Source: an uncultured Myxococcales bacterium (GTDB lineage: Bacteria; Myxococcota_A; Polyangia; Polyangiales; Houyiibacteriaceae). Taken from it: a stretch of 41,029 nt of DNA. Made by a program: the position numbers and the translations under genes. The DNA is taken from positions 1 through 41,029 of the forward strand of contig CBESWY010000001.1 of assembly GCA_965533395.1 (NCBI GenBank), written 5' to 3'. Under the pieces are notes generated by a model. The model ran no database searches. It worked only from the letters and a program-made list of their open reading frames with translations, and was not told where the DNA came from. Below are positions 9,271 through 18,653 of this stretch, in pieces. How positions within the stretch are numbered: position 1 is the stretch's first letter; every line of letters starts with the position of its first letter.

Positions 9271-10218
9271 CTATCCGTGGCCCGCTAGGAATTGCTCGGC
9301 CTCGAGTGCGGCCATGCAACCCGTTCCGGCCGCGGTAATCGCCTGGCGCCACTTCTTGTCCTGTACGTCGCCAGCTGCGAACACACCGGGGATGTTGGTC
9401 TGCGTCGAATCGGGCTTGGTGACGATGTAGTCCTGATCGTCCGTGTCGATTTGGCCCTCCAAGAACGCTGTGTTTGGCGTGTGGCCTATGGCGAAGAAGA
9501 GGCCTGCAACGGGGATGTCTCGTTCCTCGTCGGTCTTCAAATCTTTAACGCGGACGGCCTCGAGGAAATCCGCGCCCTTGGCCTGCGTCACGACGTGCGA
9601 CCAAAGAATCTCGACCTTCGGATTGTCCAGCGCACGCTGCTGCATGATCTTCGAGGCGCGTAGCTCGTCGCGCCGGTGAACGAGGTACACCGTCGAGCCG
9701 TACTTCGTGAGGAAGGACGCCTCTTCCACCGCAGAGTCGCCGCCGCCGATCACCGCCAGAGGCTGATTGCGGAACGCCGGAAGCGCGCCGTCGCAGACCG
9801 CGCACGCTGAGATGCCCTTCTGCCAGAGCTCTCCATCGTTGGCGCCTGGGATCTCGAGCCGCTTGGCGGTCGCGCCGGTGGCGATGATGACCGAGTCCGC
9901 GCTGCCCTCCTGAGCGTCGGCTTTGAAGCGGAACGGCCGGGTCGACAGGTCGATCTCGTTGACGGTCTCCGTGTGGATGGTCGTGCCGAAGCGCTCCGAC
10001 TGCGCGCGAAAGCGATCCATCATCTCAGGGCCCATGATGCCCTCCGGGAAGCCGGGGTAGTTCTCGACGTCGGTAGTCGTCGTCAACTGGCCGCCGGCGG
10101 CGATGCCCCCGGCCATGAAGCCCTCGAAGAGGACGGGTTTGAGCTCGGCGCGCGCCGCGTAAATCGCAGCCGTATGGGCTGCAGGTCCGCTTCCGATGAT
10201 CAAGAGTCGATGGCTCAT
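9271..10218 (-). CDS. trxB: thioredoxin-disulfide reductase (low-Mr type)
   Basis: Homology begins at [24 protein letters not shown] (ATG 10216-10218, AAGGAG upstream). Redox-active CAVCDG. NADPH motif [12 protein letters not shown]. Confidence 0.95.
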   Translation of the reverse strand: MSHRLLIIGSGPAAHTAAIYAARAELKPVLFEGFMAGGIAAGGQLTTTTDVENYPGFPEGIMGPEMMDRFRAQSERFGTTIHTETVNEIDLSTRPFRFKADAQEGSADSVIIATGATAKRLEIPGANDGELWQKGISACAVCDGALPAFRNQPLAVIGGGDSAVEEASFLTKYGSTVYLVHRRDELRASKIMQQRALDNPKVEILWSHVVTQAKGADFLEAVRVKDLKTDEERDIPVAGLFFAIGHTPNTAFLEGQIDTDDQDYIVTKPDSTQTNIPGVFAAGDVQDKKWRQAITAAGTGCMAALEAEQFLAGHG

Positions 10219-10272
10219 GGTGCTCCTTTTTGACGCCCGGGTTATGCATACCTTGGGCCAGGAGCGCAACCC

Positions 10273-11382
10273 CTAAACAAGCACATCGGACACGTGCGCT
10301 CCGATCGCAAGGGCAGCGGTAAGCCCCGGAGATTCGATGCCTATCAGATGCACCATGCCAGGCTGAGACTCCGGACTCCGAATCACGAAGTCCGCGAACC
10401 CGCCCGCGGGACCGACCAGCTTCGGCCGGATGCCACTGTAGTCCGGCGTCAAGTGCTCCGGGCGGATCGCCGGAAGGTATCGAGCGACGGCTTCGGCAAA
10501 ACGTTCGACACGGGACTCGTCGACCGAGTAGTCGATCGTCTCGATAAACTCGGCATCCGGGCCGGCGCGTCGAGATCCAGTGATATCTGCGGTGATGTGA
10601 ACACCAAGCCCTCCGCCCGAGGGAAGTGGATAGATCAAGCTGTTGCGCGTCTTGGGAGCGCCGGAGCCCAGGGCAAAATACGAGCCCTTGCACGGGTACA
10701 GCCGCCATGGCCGTTCAGCCTGAGCGAGCCCGGATTTCTCTGCGACATCGAGCGCCGAAAGCCCTGCCGAGTTCACCACGCGCCGAGCCAAGAGCTCCAT
10801 CTGGCTTCCTGCGCTGTCCGTGGTTTGAACGAGCCAGCCAGCTTCGGTCTTCTGGATCGAGTCGACTCCGGTGTGATAGACGACCATTCCGTCGGCTTCG
10901 ATGATCTGGTGAACGAGGCTCGCGATCAGCTCGTGCACATCGACGACGCCCGAGGTCGGAGAGTGAAGCGCCAGCGCGCACCTCAGCTCCGGTTCTTCCT
11001 CTCGTGCCTCGGCTCCGGTCATGAGGCGAAGGTCGCCGGCCCCCACGTCCCGTGCATGGCGGGCGATAGTGCGGAGACGCTCCTCGTCCTCTGCATTCGT
11101 CGCGACGATGAGCTTCCCGGTATGTTTGTGAGGCACGTCGTGCGCTTCGCACCAGGCGTAAAGACGGCGGTTCCCCTCGATACACAGCCGCGTCTTCAGT
11201 GAATCCTGCGGGTAGTAAATCCCCGCGTGCACCACGCCGCTATTTCGGCTCGAGATCTCGCGTCCGGGACCCACTTCCCGCTCGAGAACGAGCACCGAGT
11301 CGAGCCTTTTCGAGAGCTCGTACGCGCATGCGAGGCCAACCACACCTGCGCCGATCACCACAGCATCCACCGCTTCGGACAT
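10273..11382 (-). CDS. FAD-dependent oxidoreductase (DAO family, L-2-hydroxyglutarate-oxidase-like)
   Basis: N-terminal dinucleotide fold DAVVIGAGVVGLACAYELSKR, then VLERE. DAO-family length. ATG at 11380-11382 has AAGGGG 6 nt upstream. The track start at 11388 is a GTG two codons earlier. Confidence 0.8.
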   Translation of the reverse strand: MSEAVDAVVIGAGVVGLACAYELSKRLDSVLVLEREVGPGREISSRNSGVVHAGIYYPQDSLKTRLCIEGNRRLYAWCEAHDVPHKHTGKLIVATNAEDEERLRTIARHARDVGAGDLRLMTGAEAREEEPELRCALALHSPTSGVVDVHELIASLVHQIIEADGMVVYHTGVDSIQKTEAGWLVQTTDSAGSQMELLARRVVNSAGLSALDVAEKSGLAQAERPWRLYPCKGSYFALGSGAPKTRNSLIYPLPSGGGLGVHITADITGSRRAGPDAEFIETIDYSVDESRVERFAEAVARYLPAIRPEHLTPDYSGIRPKLVGPAGGFADFVIRSPESQPGMVHLIGIESPGLTAALAIGAHVSDVLV

Positions 11383-11402
11383 GTCCACCCCTTACAATGC
11401 CA

Positions 11403-13832
11403 TTAGAAGGCTAATGGATCGATGCGCGGCTCCGGTAGGTGGACCGAGAGCCGCGGCATCGGAAGCTTCCGCTGCTTCCTGTAGGCCTCGTAGTGGACCA
11501 GAACCTTACGGACGTATCGGTGAGTCTGGCTGAAGGGAATCCGCTCCAGGAGGACATCGAGCGGGGCCTCTGCGGCGCCCTCTTGGATCCAGCGACGCAC
11601 GTTGTGCGGCCCGCCGTTGTACGCGGCGATCGCGAGCGGAAGATGCCCGTCGAAACGCTGGATCAGAGACGTAAGGTACCAGGCAGCAAACTCGAGATTG
11701 AGGTCTGGGTCGAGGAGGTCGGCTGGAGTGAAGTCGTCGTGGCCGAGCGCGTGGGCAATGAGCTGTCCTGTCCGCGGCATGATTTGCATGAGGCCTACGG
11801 CGCCCGCGTACGACACGATGTGCTTCTGGTAGGCGCTTTCCACTCGCATCACGGCGAGCAAGAGATTGGGGTCGAGTCCGTATCGTCTCGCGGCCGGCAC
11901 GACGAGCCATTCGTACGCGCGTGGCAGCGTCTCGATTAAGCCCGGACCGGCAAAGCCACCGGCGGTGCCCATGTCGCCGAGAGTCGCCGCCACCATTGAA
12001 AGCGTCGCGCGATCATCATCGGAAAGATCGAGCCGCGCGGCCCGAACATCACTTGCAAGGGTTTCTTGCAGTCGGCCGTCTGAGCGCGCCACGCAGTTCA
12101 GTCCAGCCCGGGCGACGGGCTTCCCGAGCGCCTCTCGCCAGCTCAAGTAGGCCTCGAACAACTCGGCCGTTGCGGCGTCTCGCTCTCCCAGCCGAAGCAG
12201 GTCCACCGCGCGCGCGATCCACGGGTAGCTGTTTGCGTGCCGCTCGCCAATTGGCCGGAGCTGTTTCGCGAGCGCGCGGTTCGATGTTCGCGGAGGGCGG
12301 GGAACGGCCTGGTGTTCGGAATTCGAGAGCCCCTCCTGCGGCGGATTCGGGGCGTCTTGCTCCCCGCGCAAAAGGCCGTTGCTGGCCCAAAGCGCGTAGT
12401 AGTCGTCTCCGGCGCGCGCGGCTTCGGCCTGGGCCCGTGCGAAAAACAGGGCCGCCTGCGCAGGCCGCTGGGCGCGCTCGTGGGCTCTGGCCAGATGATA
12501 GACGGCGGCCGTTCGGTAGCGAGATCCGGGGCGCTTCGCGACCTCATGCAGAAGACTGATGATCAGCCCTTCGCCGCCCGTCCCCACCGCGGCCATCGCA
12601 GCCTCGAATAGAAGGGCGGATGGCGCCGCGGCTCGCCTGCTCAGAGAGATGAGAAGGCCGTCGACTTCCTCTTGGAGCGCCGCCGCCGAAGCTACGCGAA
12701 CCATGTCGACGAGCCGGTTGGTAGGAATCGACGGGGTGGAGTGGCCCGCACGCAAAGTGGCGAGCTGCAGGCGCGCACGCTCGGGGTCACGGGCATCCAC
12801 GGTTTCCGACATGTCGTTCGCGCGGTTTTGGATGTGTTGGGCCTTTGCGACGTCGTCGATCGGGAAGAGCTGTGCCGTTCGCAGGTATGACTCTGCCGCC
12901 TGCCAGCGCCCCTCGTCTCGCGCGAGTCGGCCCGCCAAATAGTGAACCTCTGCGTGCAGGGTCCCTGACATCGGGTGGTCGAGGAGCGCTCGGATCGTCG
13001 CCTTGGCTTCGTCGAGCGGGCCAGTGCGAACGAGGCGGCGCGCCCGAAGCACTTGCTCCTCGTCAGTCATCGAGGGCGTTTCGTGTCCTCGCACCTTCAG
13101 GCGTGCGAGCTCGGACTCGGCCCAAGCCGCCGTTCGGGTTCCCGGGTAATCGACGCGAGCCGCGTGCATCACCTGCATCGCCTCGCCGTAGCGCGATCGG
13201 CGCATGAGGCTCTGCGCATGCTCGAAGAGAAGCTCGGTCGCATTGGGCACCGAGGGGTAGATCGCCAAAAGGTCGGACAGGGCCTGGTCCGCGCCTGGGT
13301 CATTCGAGCGAAGAAGCGCCAGCACCCTGCCGAATTCGGCTTCGACTCGAACGGATCGATGGGGGCTGAGCGACGCCTCTCGGAAAAATTCGGCGGCTTT
13401 TTCGGGTCGATTCCGAAGGAGCTCGAGCCGCGCGATCTGCAGCGCGATGCGATCGTTGACTCGGGGAAGCCCCCGATGGGCCAGGTCGAGCTGCAGGCGG
13501 GCCTCTTCGTAGTTCGCCGCCAGGATCTGGTCACCGGCTTCGCGGTACGCTTCGATGGCTCGCGTCTTGAGCGGCTGAGCCTCGGCCACGGCAAATGCAT
13601 TGAAGAACGGACCGCACATCGGTCCGCGCCACGGCCTGAGTTCGATTGGAGCGCTACTCGCGTTGGGCGCGTCCGCGATGCACATCGGGACGTCGGGCGA
13701 TGCGTAAACCGGCACCGAAAGCAATGCGAGGATCAGCGCCGTGAGGGCCGCTGCTATGGGAATGCGAAGGACCAAGCTTCCTATAACATTACAAATTTGT
13801 GAGGTGCGGCGCAAAGTTAGCGTTGCAGGCAC
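11403..13832 (-). CDS. soluble lytic murein transglycosylase-like protein (signal peptide, long TPR/superhelical region, C-terminal SLT domain)
   Basis: C-terminal catalytic motif VESAYQKHIVSYAGAVGLMQIMP and AAYNGGPHNV (GH23/SLT). Helical repeat region upstream. Start is uncertain: GTG at 13832, or TTG at 13775, which would give a canonical signal peptide MVLRIPIAAALTALILALLSVPVYA. Confidence 0.85.
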   Translation of the reverse strand: MPATLTLRRTSQICNVIGSLVLRIPIAAALTALILALLSVPVYASPDVPMCIADAPNASSAPIELRPWRGPMCGPFFNAFAVAEAQPLKTRAIEAYREAGDQILAANYEEARLQLDLAHRGLPRVNDRIALQIARLELLRNRPEKAAEFFREASLSPHRSVRVEAEFGRVLALLRSNDPGADQALSDLLAIYPSVPNATELLFEHAQSLMRRSRYGEAMQVMHAARVDYPGTRTAAWAESELARLKVRGHETPSMTDEEQVLRARRLVRTGPLDEAKATIRALLDHPMSGTLHAEVHYLAGRLARDEGRWQAAESYLRTAQLFPIDDVAKAQHIQNRANDMSETVDARDPERARLQLATLRAGHSTPSIPTNRLVDMVRVASAAALQEEVDGLLISLSRRAAAPSALLFEAAMAAVGTGGEGLIISLLHEVAKRPGSRYRTAAVYHLARAHERAQRPAQAALFFARAQAEAARAGDDYYALWASNGLLRGEQDAPNPPQEGLSNSEHQAVPRPPRTSNRALAKQLRPIGERHANSYPWIARAVDLLRLGERDAATAELFEAYLSWREALGKPVARAGLNCVARSDGRLQETLASDVRAARLDLSDDDRATLSMVAATLGDMGTAGGFAGPGLIETLPRAYEWLVVPAARRYGLDPNLLLAVMRVESAYQKHIVSYAGAVGLMQIMPRTGQLIAHALGHDDFTPADLLDPDLNLEFAAWYLTSLIQRFDGHLPLAIAAYNGGPHNVRRWIQEGAAEAPLDVLLERIPFSQTHRYVRKVLVHYEAYRKQRKLPMPRLSVHLPEPRIDPLAF

Positions 13833-13864
13833 GACTCTTCATACGGAATAGGGCAGCGAGCGCT

Positions 13865-14059
13865 TCATTCCTGCAAAGGTTCGTCCGCTCCCTGCGCCTC
13901 GCTCGTCTCGATTTCGCCGGCCGGATCCTCGCTCGGCTCGTCTTCGACCTCGGGTTGCAGCACGGTGACGACACCGATTCCAACGAGCAGCGCAAAGGCG
14001 ATCAAGAGCAATGCCGTGCGCCGCTTTGGTGTTTCGTATCCTTCGTCGCTGGTGCCCAT
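13865..14059 (-). CDS. small single-pass membrane protein with acidic C-terminal tail (hypothetical)
   Basis: 64 aa: basic PKRR, TM helix ALLLIAFALLVGIGVVTVL, then a Glu/Asp-rich tail. GAGGG lies 9 nt upstream of the ATG. The start is 4 nt after the proS stop. No family recognised. Confidence 0.5.
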   Translation of the reverse strand: MGTSDEGYETPKRRTALLLIAFALLVGIGVVTVLQPEVEDEPSEDPAGEIETSEAQGADEPLQE

Positions 14060-14063
14060 CTGC

Positions 14064-15779
14064 TCAGCCCTCGAGGTTGGCGATAGCCTGGATAACGGCA
14101 GACACGGCGCCGTCGATCGGCACGTCTTGCGACTCGCTTTCCGTGCGCTTCTTCAACTCGACGGTGCCCTGCTTCAGGCCGCGGGATCCCACCGTGATTC
14201 TGAGAGGAATCCCCAGCAAATCGGCGTCTTTGAACTTCACCCCCGGCCGCTCGGAGCGGTCGTCGAGGAGGGCGTCGACCCCCTCCGCACGGAGCGCGTC
14301 GTAGATCTCGGTGGCCTTGGTGAGAGGCGCCTCCTCCTTGCCAATCGGCGTGATGATCACCGGATAGGGCGCGACCTGGACCGGCCAACGAATGCCGTGC
14401 TCGTCGTGATGCTGCTCCATGATGGCGGCGATCAGGCGACTGACGCCGATGCCGTAACAGCCCATGACGATCGATTGGCTGCTCCCTTCTTCGTCGAGAA
14501 AGGTTGCTTTCATCTTGTCGCTGTAATGGGTGCCGAGGACGAAGATGTGACCGCCCTCGATGCCGCGGTAGAGCTCGAGCTTGCCGTCGCAATTGGGGCA
14601 GGGATCGCCGGAGGCGGCTTGCCGGATCGAGACGACCTCTGCTTCGAAGTCCCGTCCGTAGTTTACGTTCTTGTAGTGGTAGGGAGTTTCGCTGGCACCC
14701 GCGATCGCATTTGGTACGGCGACCGCGTCCGGGTCGGCGATGATGCGCCCGGCAAATCCGACCGGGCCGACGAATCCGATCTCCGTTCCGGTCGCCTCCT
14801 TCACGGCAGCGTCGGAAGCAAGAAGCACCTCTTCGACGCCCAAGTGTCGGGCCAAGCCGAGCTCGTTGACTTCGTGGTCTCCGCGAACGACCGCCAGGCA
14901 GACTTGCTCCCCGGCAACGTAGAGCAGCGACTTGAGGGTATGTGCTGCGGTCGTTTCACGGCCAAAGAAGCTCACAACCTCTTCGATCGAACGCGTGTCG
15001 GGCGTCTCGACCTTCTCGAGCGCCCGAGGTTCGACCGAGCCGCTCGCCGGGGGCGCTGCCGGGCCGGCCTGCGCGACCTCTGCGTTGGCGGCGTAGTCGC
15101 AGGCGCCGCACGCTACGATCCAGTCCTCCCCCGTTTGCGCCAGGACCTGGAACTCGGCGCTCTGCTTACCGCCGATTGCGCCGCTATCCGCCGCGACCAC
15201 ACGGTACTCGAGCCCAAGCCGCGTGAAGATGCGGTGATAGGTGTCGCGCATCTGCTCGTAGCTCCGCAGGGCCGCTTCTTGTGAAACATCGAAAGAGTAT
15301 GCGTCCTTCATGATGAACTCGCGGCAACGAAGCAGCCCTGCACGGGGTCGAGGCTCGTCGCGGTACTTCAGCTGGATCTGATACAGATTCAGCGGCAGCT
15401 GTCGATAGCTCTTGACCTCGCGACGCACGAGGTCGGTGATGATCTCTTCGTGCGTCGGCGCCAGGTGGTATTCGCCGCCCTTGCGATCCTTGATCCGTAG
15501 AAGGGTGGGTCCGTACAGGTCCCAGCGCCCGGTTTCCTTGAAGTACTCCCCGGGCACGAAGGTTGGCATGAGCAACTCCTGTGCTCCCGCCGCGTCCATC
15601 TCTTCTCGGATGATTTGCTCGATCTTATGCAGAACCCGTGTACCCAGTGGGAGCAGCTCGTATATTCCGGCGCCAACCATTCGCGCGTACCCAGCGCGAA
15701 GCATGAGCACATGCGACGGTATGGTCGCGTCCTTGGGAACTTCCTTGAGCGTCGGAATGAAGGCGCGCGAATACCGCAT
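14064..15779 (-). CDS. proS: proline--tRNA ligase (bacterial type with INS editing domain)
   Basis: MRYSRAFIPTLKEVPKDA matches the usual ProRS N-terminus. Class II motifs and an inserted editing domain are present; about 571 aa. The track ORF adds 12 codons from an upstream GTG (15815). Confidence 0.95.
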   Translation of the reverse strand: MRYSRAFIPTLKEVPKDATIPSHVLMLRAGYARMVGAGIYELLPLGTRVLHKIEQIIREEMDAAGAQELLMPTFVPGEYFKETGRWDLYGPTLLRIKDRKGGEYHLAPTHEEIITDLVRREVKSYRQLPLNLYQIQLKYRDEPRPRAGLLRCREFIMKDAYSFDVSQEAALRSYEQMRDTYHRIFTRLGLEYRVVAADSGAIGGKQSAEFQVLAQTGEDWIVACGACDYAANAEVAQAGPAAPPASGSVEPRALEKVETPDTRSIEEVVSFFGRETTAAHTLKSLLYVAGEQVCLAVVRGDHEVNELGLARHLGVEEVLLASDAAVKEATGTEIGFVGPVGFAGRIIADPDAVAVPNAIAGASETPYHYKNVNYGRDFEAEVVSIRQAASGDPCPNCDGKLELYRGIEGGHIFVLGTHYSDKMKATFLDEEGSSQSIVMGCYGIGVSRLIAAIMEQHHDEHGIRWPVQVAPYPVIITPIGKEEAPLTKATEIYDALRAEGVDALLDDRSERPGVKFKDADLLGIPLRITVGSRGLKQGTVELKKRTESESQDVPIDGAVSAVIQAIANLEG

Positions 15780-15849
15780 CGCGCCGTCGTAGCAGGCGGG
15801 GCGGAGGGTTTCCACCGGGGTCCTCGACCCCGGTGTCTCCCGCTGGGAA

Positions 15850-17085
15850 TTAGGTCCCGAGGACGAAGCTGACGCTGGTCGTTCCGGAGCCGCCGATGTT
15901 CAAAGTCTGGACGTTCTTGGCGCCCTCGACCTGGTAGTTGCCGGCTTCGCCCTTGATCTGCTTGACCGAATCGAGCACCTGGCGGACGCCCGTGGCGCCG
16001 ACCGGGTGTCCCGCGCCGATGAGACCGCCGCTAGGGTTGATAGGGGTCTTGCCGCCAAGTGCGATATCGCCGGCTTCGATCGCCTTCCAGCTTTCGCCGG
16101 GCGCGGTGAGGCCGAAATGGTCGATCGCCATGTATTCCGAGGTGGTGAAGCAGTCGTGGGTTTCGATCGAGTCGATGCCGCTCACGTCGGCGATGCCGGC
16201 GCGCTTCATGGCGCTGGTGACCGTGCTCCGCACGTGCGGCAGAACGTACTCCGCGCCCTTGCTTTCTGCGACCTTGTCCTCGAAGCGCATCCGAGCGGTG
16301 TTGTGGCCCCAGCCCTTGACGCGCGGCACCGACTCGAGCGGCACGCCCATTCGGTCGGCCCACTTCTTCGCGTAGGTGGGTGACGCAAGAAGCAGGGCGG
16401 CCGCGCCATCGGTCACCTGCGAGCAGTCCGAGATGTGGATCCGCCCGCCGATGCTGCCGTTGAACTCGTCGCGGCTCATCGCATGCTCGTAGTTCATATA
16501 CCAGGTGCGAGTCTGCGCGTTCGGATTGAGCTTGCCGTTCGCGTAGTTGATCGTGCTGATCTCCGCGAGGTGCTCGTCCTTGAGCCCGTAGCGCTTGTCG
16601 TACTCGTCGCCGAGCTTCCCGAAGAGCTTGGGGAACGGGAATTCGATTCCCTTGGCTTCGAGCTCGTACCAGGCGGCTGTGCCGAGGAAGTCGCCGCCTT
16701 CTCCCGCACCGACGGTTTTCATCTGCTCTACGCCGACCACGCAGGCCAGGTCGTAGCGATGCGCTTCGATTTCCGCCGAGGCGGCTAGGATCGCGATGCT
16801 GCCCGATGCGCAAGCTGCCTCATGACGCGCCGTCGGAAGCCCGCTGAACGCCGGGTCGATTTCCAAGAAGAACGCGCCGAGGTGCCCTTGTTTGCTGTAG
16901 AGTTCTGCGGCGAAGTTGCCGGTGTGAGCGACTTCGATGTCGCCCGGCTCGATCTTCGTTTCCTCGAGCGCGCCGAGTACCGCTTCGCGCATCATCGCGA
17001 CGAAGTGCTTCTTCTCTTTGCTCCAGTTGCGAGCAAAGTCGGTCTGGTAGCCGCCGAGAACGTAGACTTCTGGAACCTGTGCCAT
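15850..17085 (-). CDS. thiolase-family acetyl-CoA acyltransferase (SCP-x/non-specific lipid-transfer-type thiolase)
   Basis: Active-site Cys in HEAACASGS. C-terminal HDCF, GHPVGATG and NIGGSGTT. ATG at 17083-17085 (MAQVPEVYVLGG) lies 22 nt after the upstream gene's stop. The track start at 17097 is a TTG. Confidence 0.88.
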   Translation of the reverse strand: MAQVPEVYVLGGYQTDFARNWSKEKKHFVAMMREAVLGALEETKIEPGDIEVAHTGNFAAELYSKQGHLGAFFLEIDPAFSGLPTARHEAACASGSIAILAASAEIEAHRYDLACVVGVEQMKTVGAGEGGDFLGTAAWYELEAKGIEFPFPKLFGKLGDEYDKRYGLKDEHLAEISTINYANGKLNPNAQTRTWYMNYEHAMSRDEFNGSIGGRIHISDCSQVTDGAAALLLASPTYAKKWADRMGVPLESVPRVKGWGHNTARMRFEDKVAESKGAEYVLPHVRSTVTSAMKRAGIADVSGIDSIETHDCFTTSEYMAIDHFGLTAPGESWKAIEAGDIALGGKTPINPSGGLIGAGHPVGATGVRQVLDSVKQIKGEAGNYQVEGAKNVQTLNIGGSGTTSVSFVLGT

Positions 17086-17107
17086 TTCTTTCACCAAAAC
17101 CTTTCAC

Positions 17108-18451
17108 TCACGCGGCGACGAAGAATTTGCCCACATTCACCTGTGGGTCATCGAAGAAAGTCGTGCCCTCTTGGGCATTTGCAAGTGCCGGCGGCACTGG
17201 AAGGCCGGCCTTTTCAATCATCTGAATGGTGGCTCGGAGGCCAATCGTGTCGACCAAGACGCTCGGCGGCGCCCAGTTGAATCCGTAACCCATGATGCGG
17301 TCGATGCCGGAGATGTCATCGGTGACCTCGCCAACTCTGTGAAACGAGTAGCTGATGTACCCGGCGATCACCTTCTGCGCGATTGCAGCATACGGACCGC
17401 TTGCTGCCGCGAAAGCCTGCATGCCTTCTACATAGCGGCCCACGCGGTGCAGATTCGAGATCTCGTCGATGAAGCCTAGGTCCGGCCGCGAAATCGAGGC
17501 CTTAGGAACGTACTTCCGCGTTTTCGGGTCGAGCACGATGCGCTGTCCTCCGTCGTCCTTGCCGAAGAACCCGGCGCCCGTTTTGCGGCCGAGCACGCCC
17601 TTCGCCATCAGGTCGGCCATGTAGCTCGGAAGTTTCAAGGTCTCGTGCGCTTCGTCCGGGGCGAGCTCGTAGATGTTATCCACGATCGCGCGATGAATGT
17701 CCCAGCCAACCAGGTCTACCGTGGCAAGTGGTGTCAGAGCGCGTCCGGTATACGGACCGACGAGCTCGTCGATCAACAGCGGACCGTGCTCCTCGGCGAG
17801 GATCGCGCACTCGTTGAGCAGTTTGAATCCGACTCGGTTGCCGGCGAAGCCTGCGGTGTCGGCCGTTCGAACCATCGCGCGCCCGAGAAGCTTCGTGCAG
17901 TACTCGTCGAGGAAGTCGACCAGCTTGGGGTCGGTGTCCTTCCCAGCAATGAGCTCGGTCCCAACGATGACGTTCGGCGGGTTGAAGAAGTGCAGGCCCA
18001 GGAAGTTCTTGCGGAAGGAATCGCTCCGACCTTCGGCAAGCTGGTTGATCGACAGACCCGACGTCACGGTCGCGACGATTGAATCGGGACGGCGCACCTT
18101 GTCGATGCGGTCGAAAAACTCCTTCTTGAGCGGGAGCTGCTCGGTGACCGCCTCGAAGATGAGGTCGGCTTCTCCGACAACGCGGTCGAAGTCCGCGTCG
18201 TAGCTTCCGGTGTCGACTCGCTTTGCCACGGTGCTCGACCGCACCATCTTCACCGCCGCGGAAAGCCCGCCGTCAGCTTTCTCCTTGGTTCGCGCCAAGA
18301 AGGTCACCCGCGGTACCGCCGTCGTGAACAGCGCGCCGCTTCCAAGGCCCATCGCGCCATTGGCACCGAGGACCACCACGTGTTTGATCGAGCGTGAGCT
18401 CAGCAGATCCGAGGACCTGCCAGCTGCTGCTGCTCTGGTCGCCGCCAACAT
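17108..18451 (-). CDS. 3-hydroxyacyl-CoA dehydrogenase family protein
   Basis: 447 aa. NAD fold VVVLGANGAMGLGSG. LHFFNPP motif typical of 3HCDH N-domain proteins, plus a C-terminal 3HCDH helical domain. AAAGGAAAAGAG upstream of the ATG. Confidence 0.88.
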   Translation of the reverse strand: MLAATRAAAAGRSSDLLSSRSIKHVVVLGANGAMGLGSGALFTTAVPRVTFLARTKEKADGGLSAAVKMVRSSTVAKRVDTGSYDADFDRVVGEADLIFEAVTEQLPLKKEFFDRIDKVRRPDSIVATVTSGLSINQLAEGRSDSFRKNFLGLHFFNPPNVIVGTELIAGKDTDPKLVDFLDEYCTKLLGRAMVRTADTAGFAGNRVGFKLLNECAILAEEHGPLLIDELVGPYTGRALTPLATVDLVGWDIHRAIVDNIYELAPDEAHETLKLPSYMADLMAKGVLGRKTGAGFFGKDDGGQRIVLDPKTRKYVPKASISRPDLGFIDEISNLHRVGRYVEGMQAFAAASGPYAAIAQKVIAGYISYSFHRVGEVTDDISGIDRIMGYGFNWAPPSVLVDTIGLRATIQMIEKAGLPVPPALANAQEGTTFFDDPQVNVGKFFVAA

Positions 18452-18556
18452 CTCTTTTCCTTTCGCTGCCTCGACTGTTTACAACTTAACTAGCCGGGAG
18501 TGAGCAATGTGGGTACACGGGCGCGTCAAGTCAAATGAAAGCTAGCAAAAACAGGC

Positions 18557-18578
18557 ATTTACAAGCGATTTACAAGCG
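18557..18578. repeat. perfect tandem 11-bp direct repeat ATTTACAAGCG x2 (candidate regulator site)
   Basis: Read directly: c-ATTTACAAGCG-ATTTACAAGCG-ag, in the AT-richer divergent intergenic region between the 3-hydroxyacyl-CoA dehydrogenase operon and the dipeptidase-family gene. A partial copy, TTTACAA, is at 18478-18484. Confidence 0.5.
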
Positions 18579-18653
18579 AGACTTCGAGCACTTTTCGGCC
18601 AAGTCCCCGGGATTCAAGCGATCTCCCGCTGGCCGTGTTAGGGAAGCCTTCCC

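Noticed and set aside
7018-11202. Long antisense ORFs within feoB (7018-7851 -), the phosphoesterase (8435-9352 -) and the FAD oxidoreductase (10294-11202 +; 10025-10708 -)
   Set aside because: Same high-GC artefact pattern. Each is fully covered by a motif-supported gene on the other strand or in another frame.
13965-15284. 439-aa ORF antisense to proS
   Set aside because: Same reasoning: proS motifs are clear on the minus strand, and the plus-strand product is low-complexity and Arg/Asp/Leu-rich.
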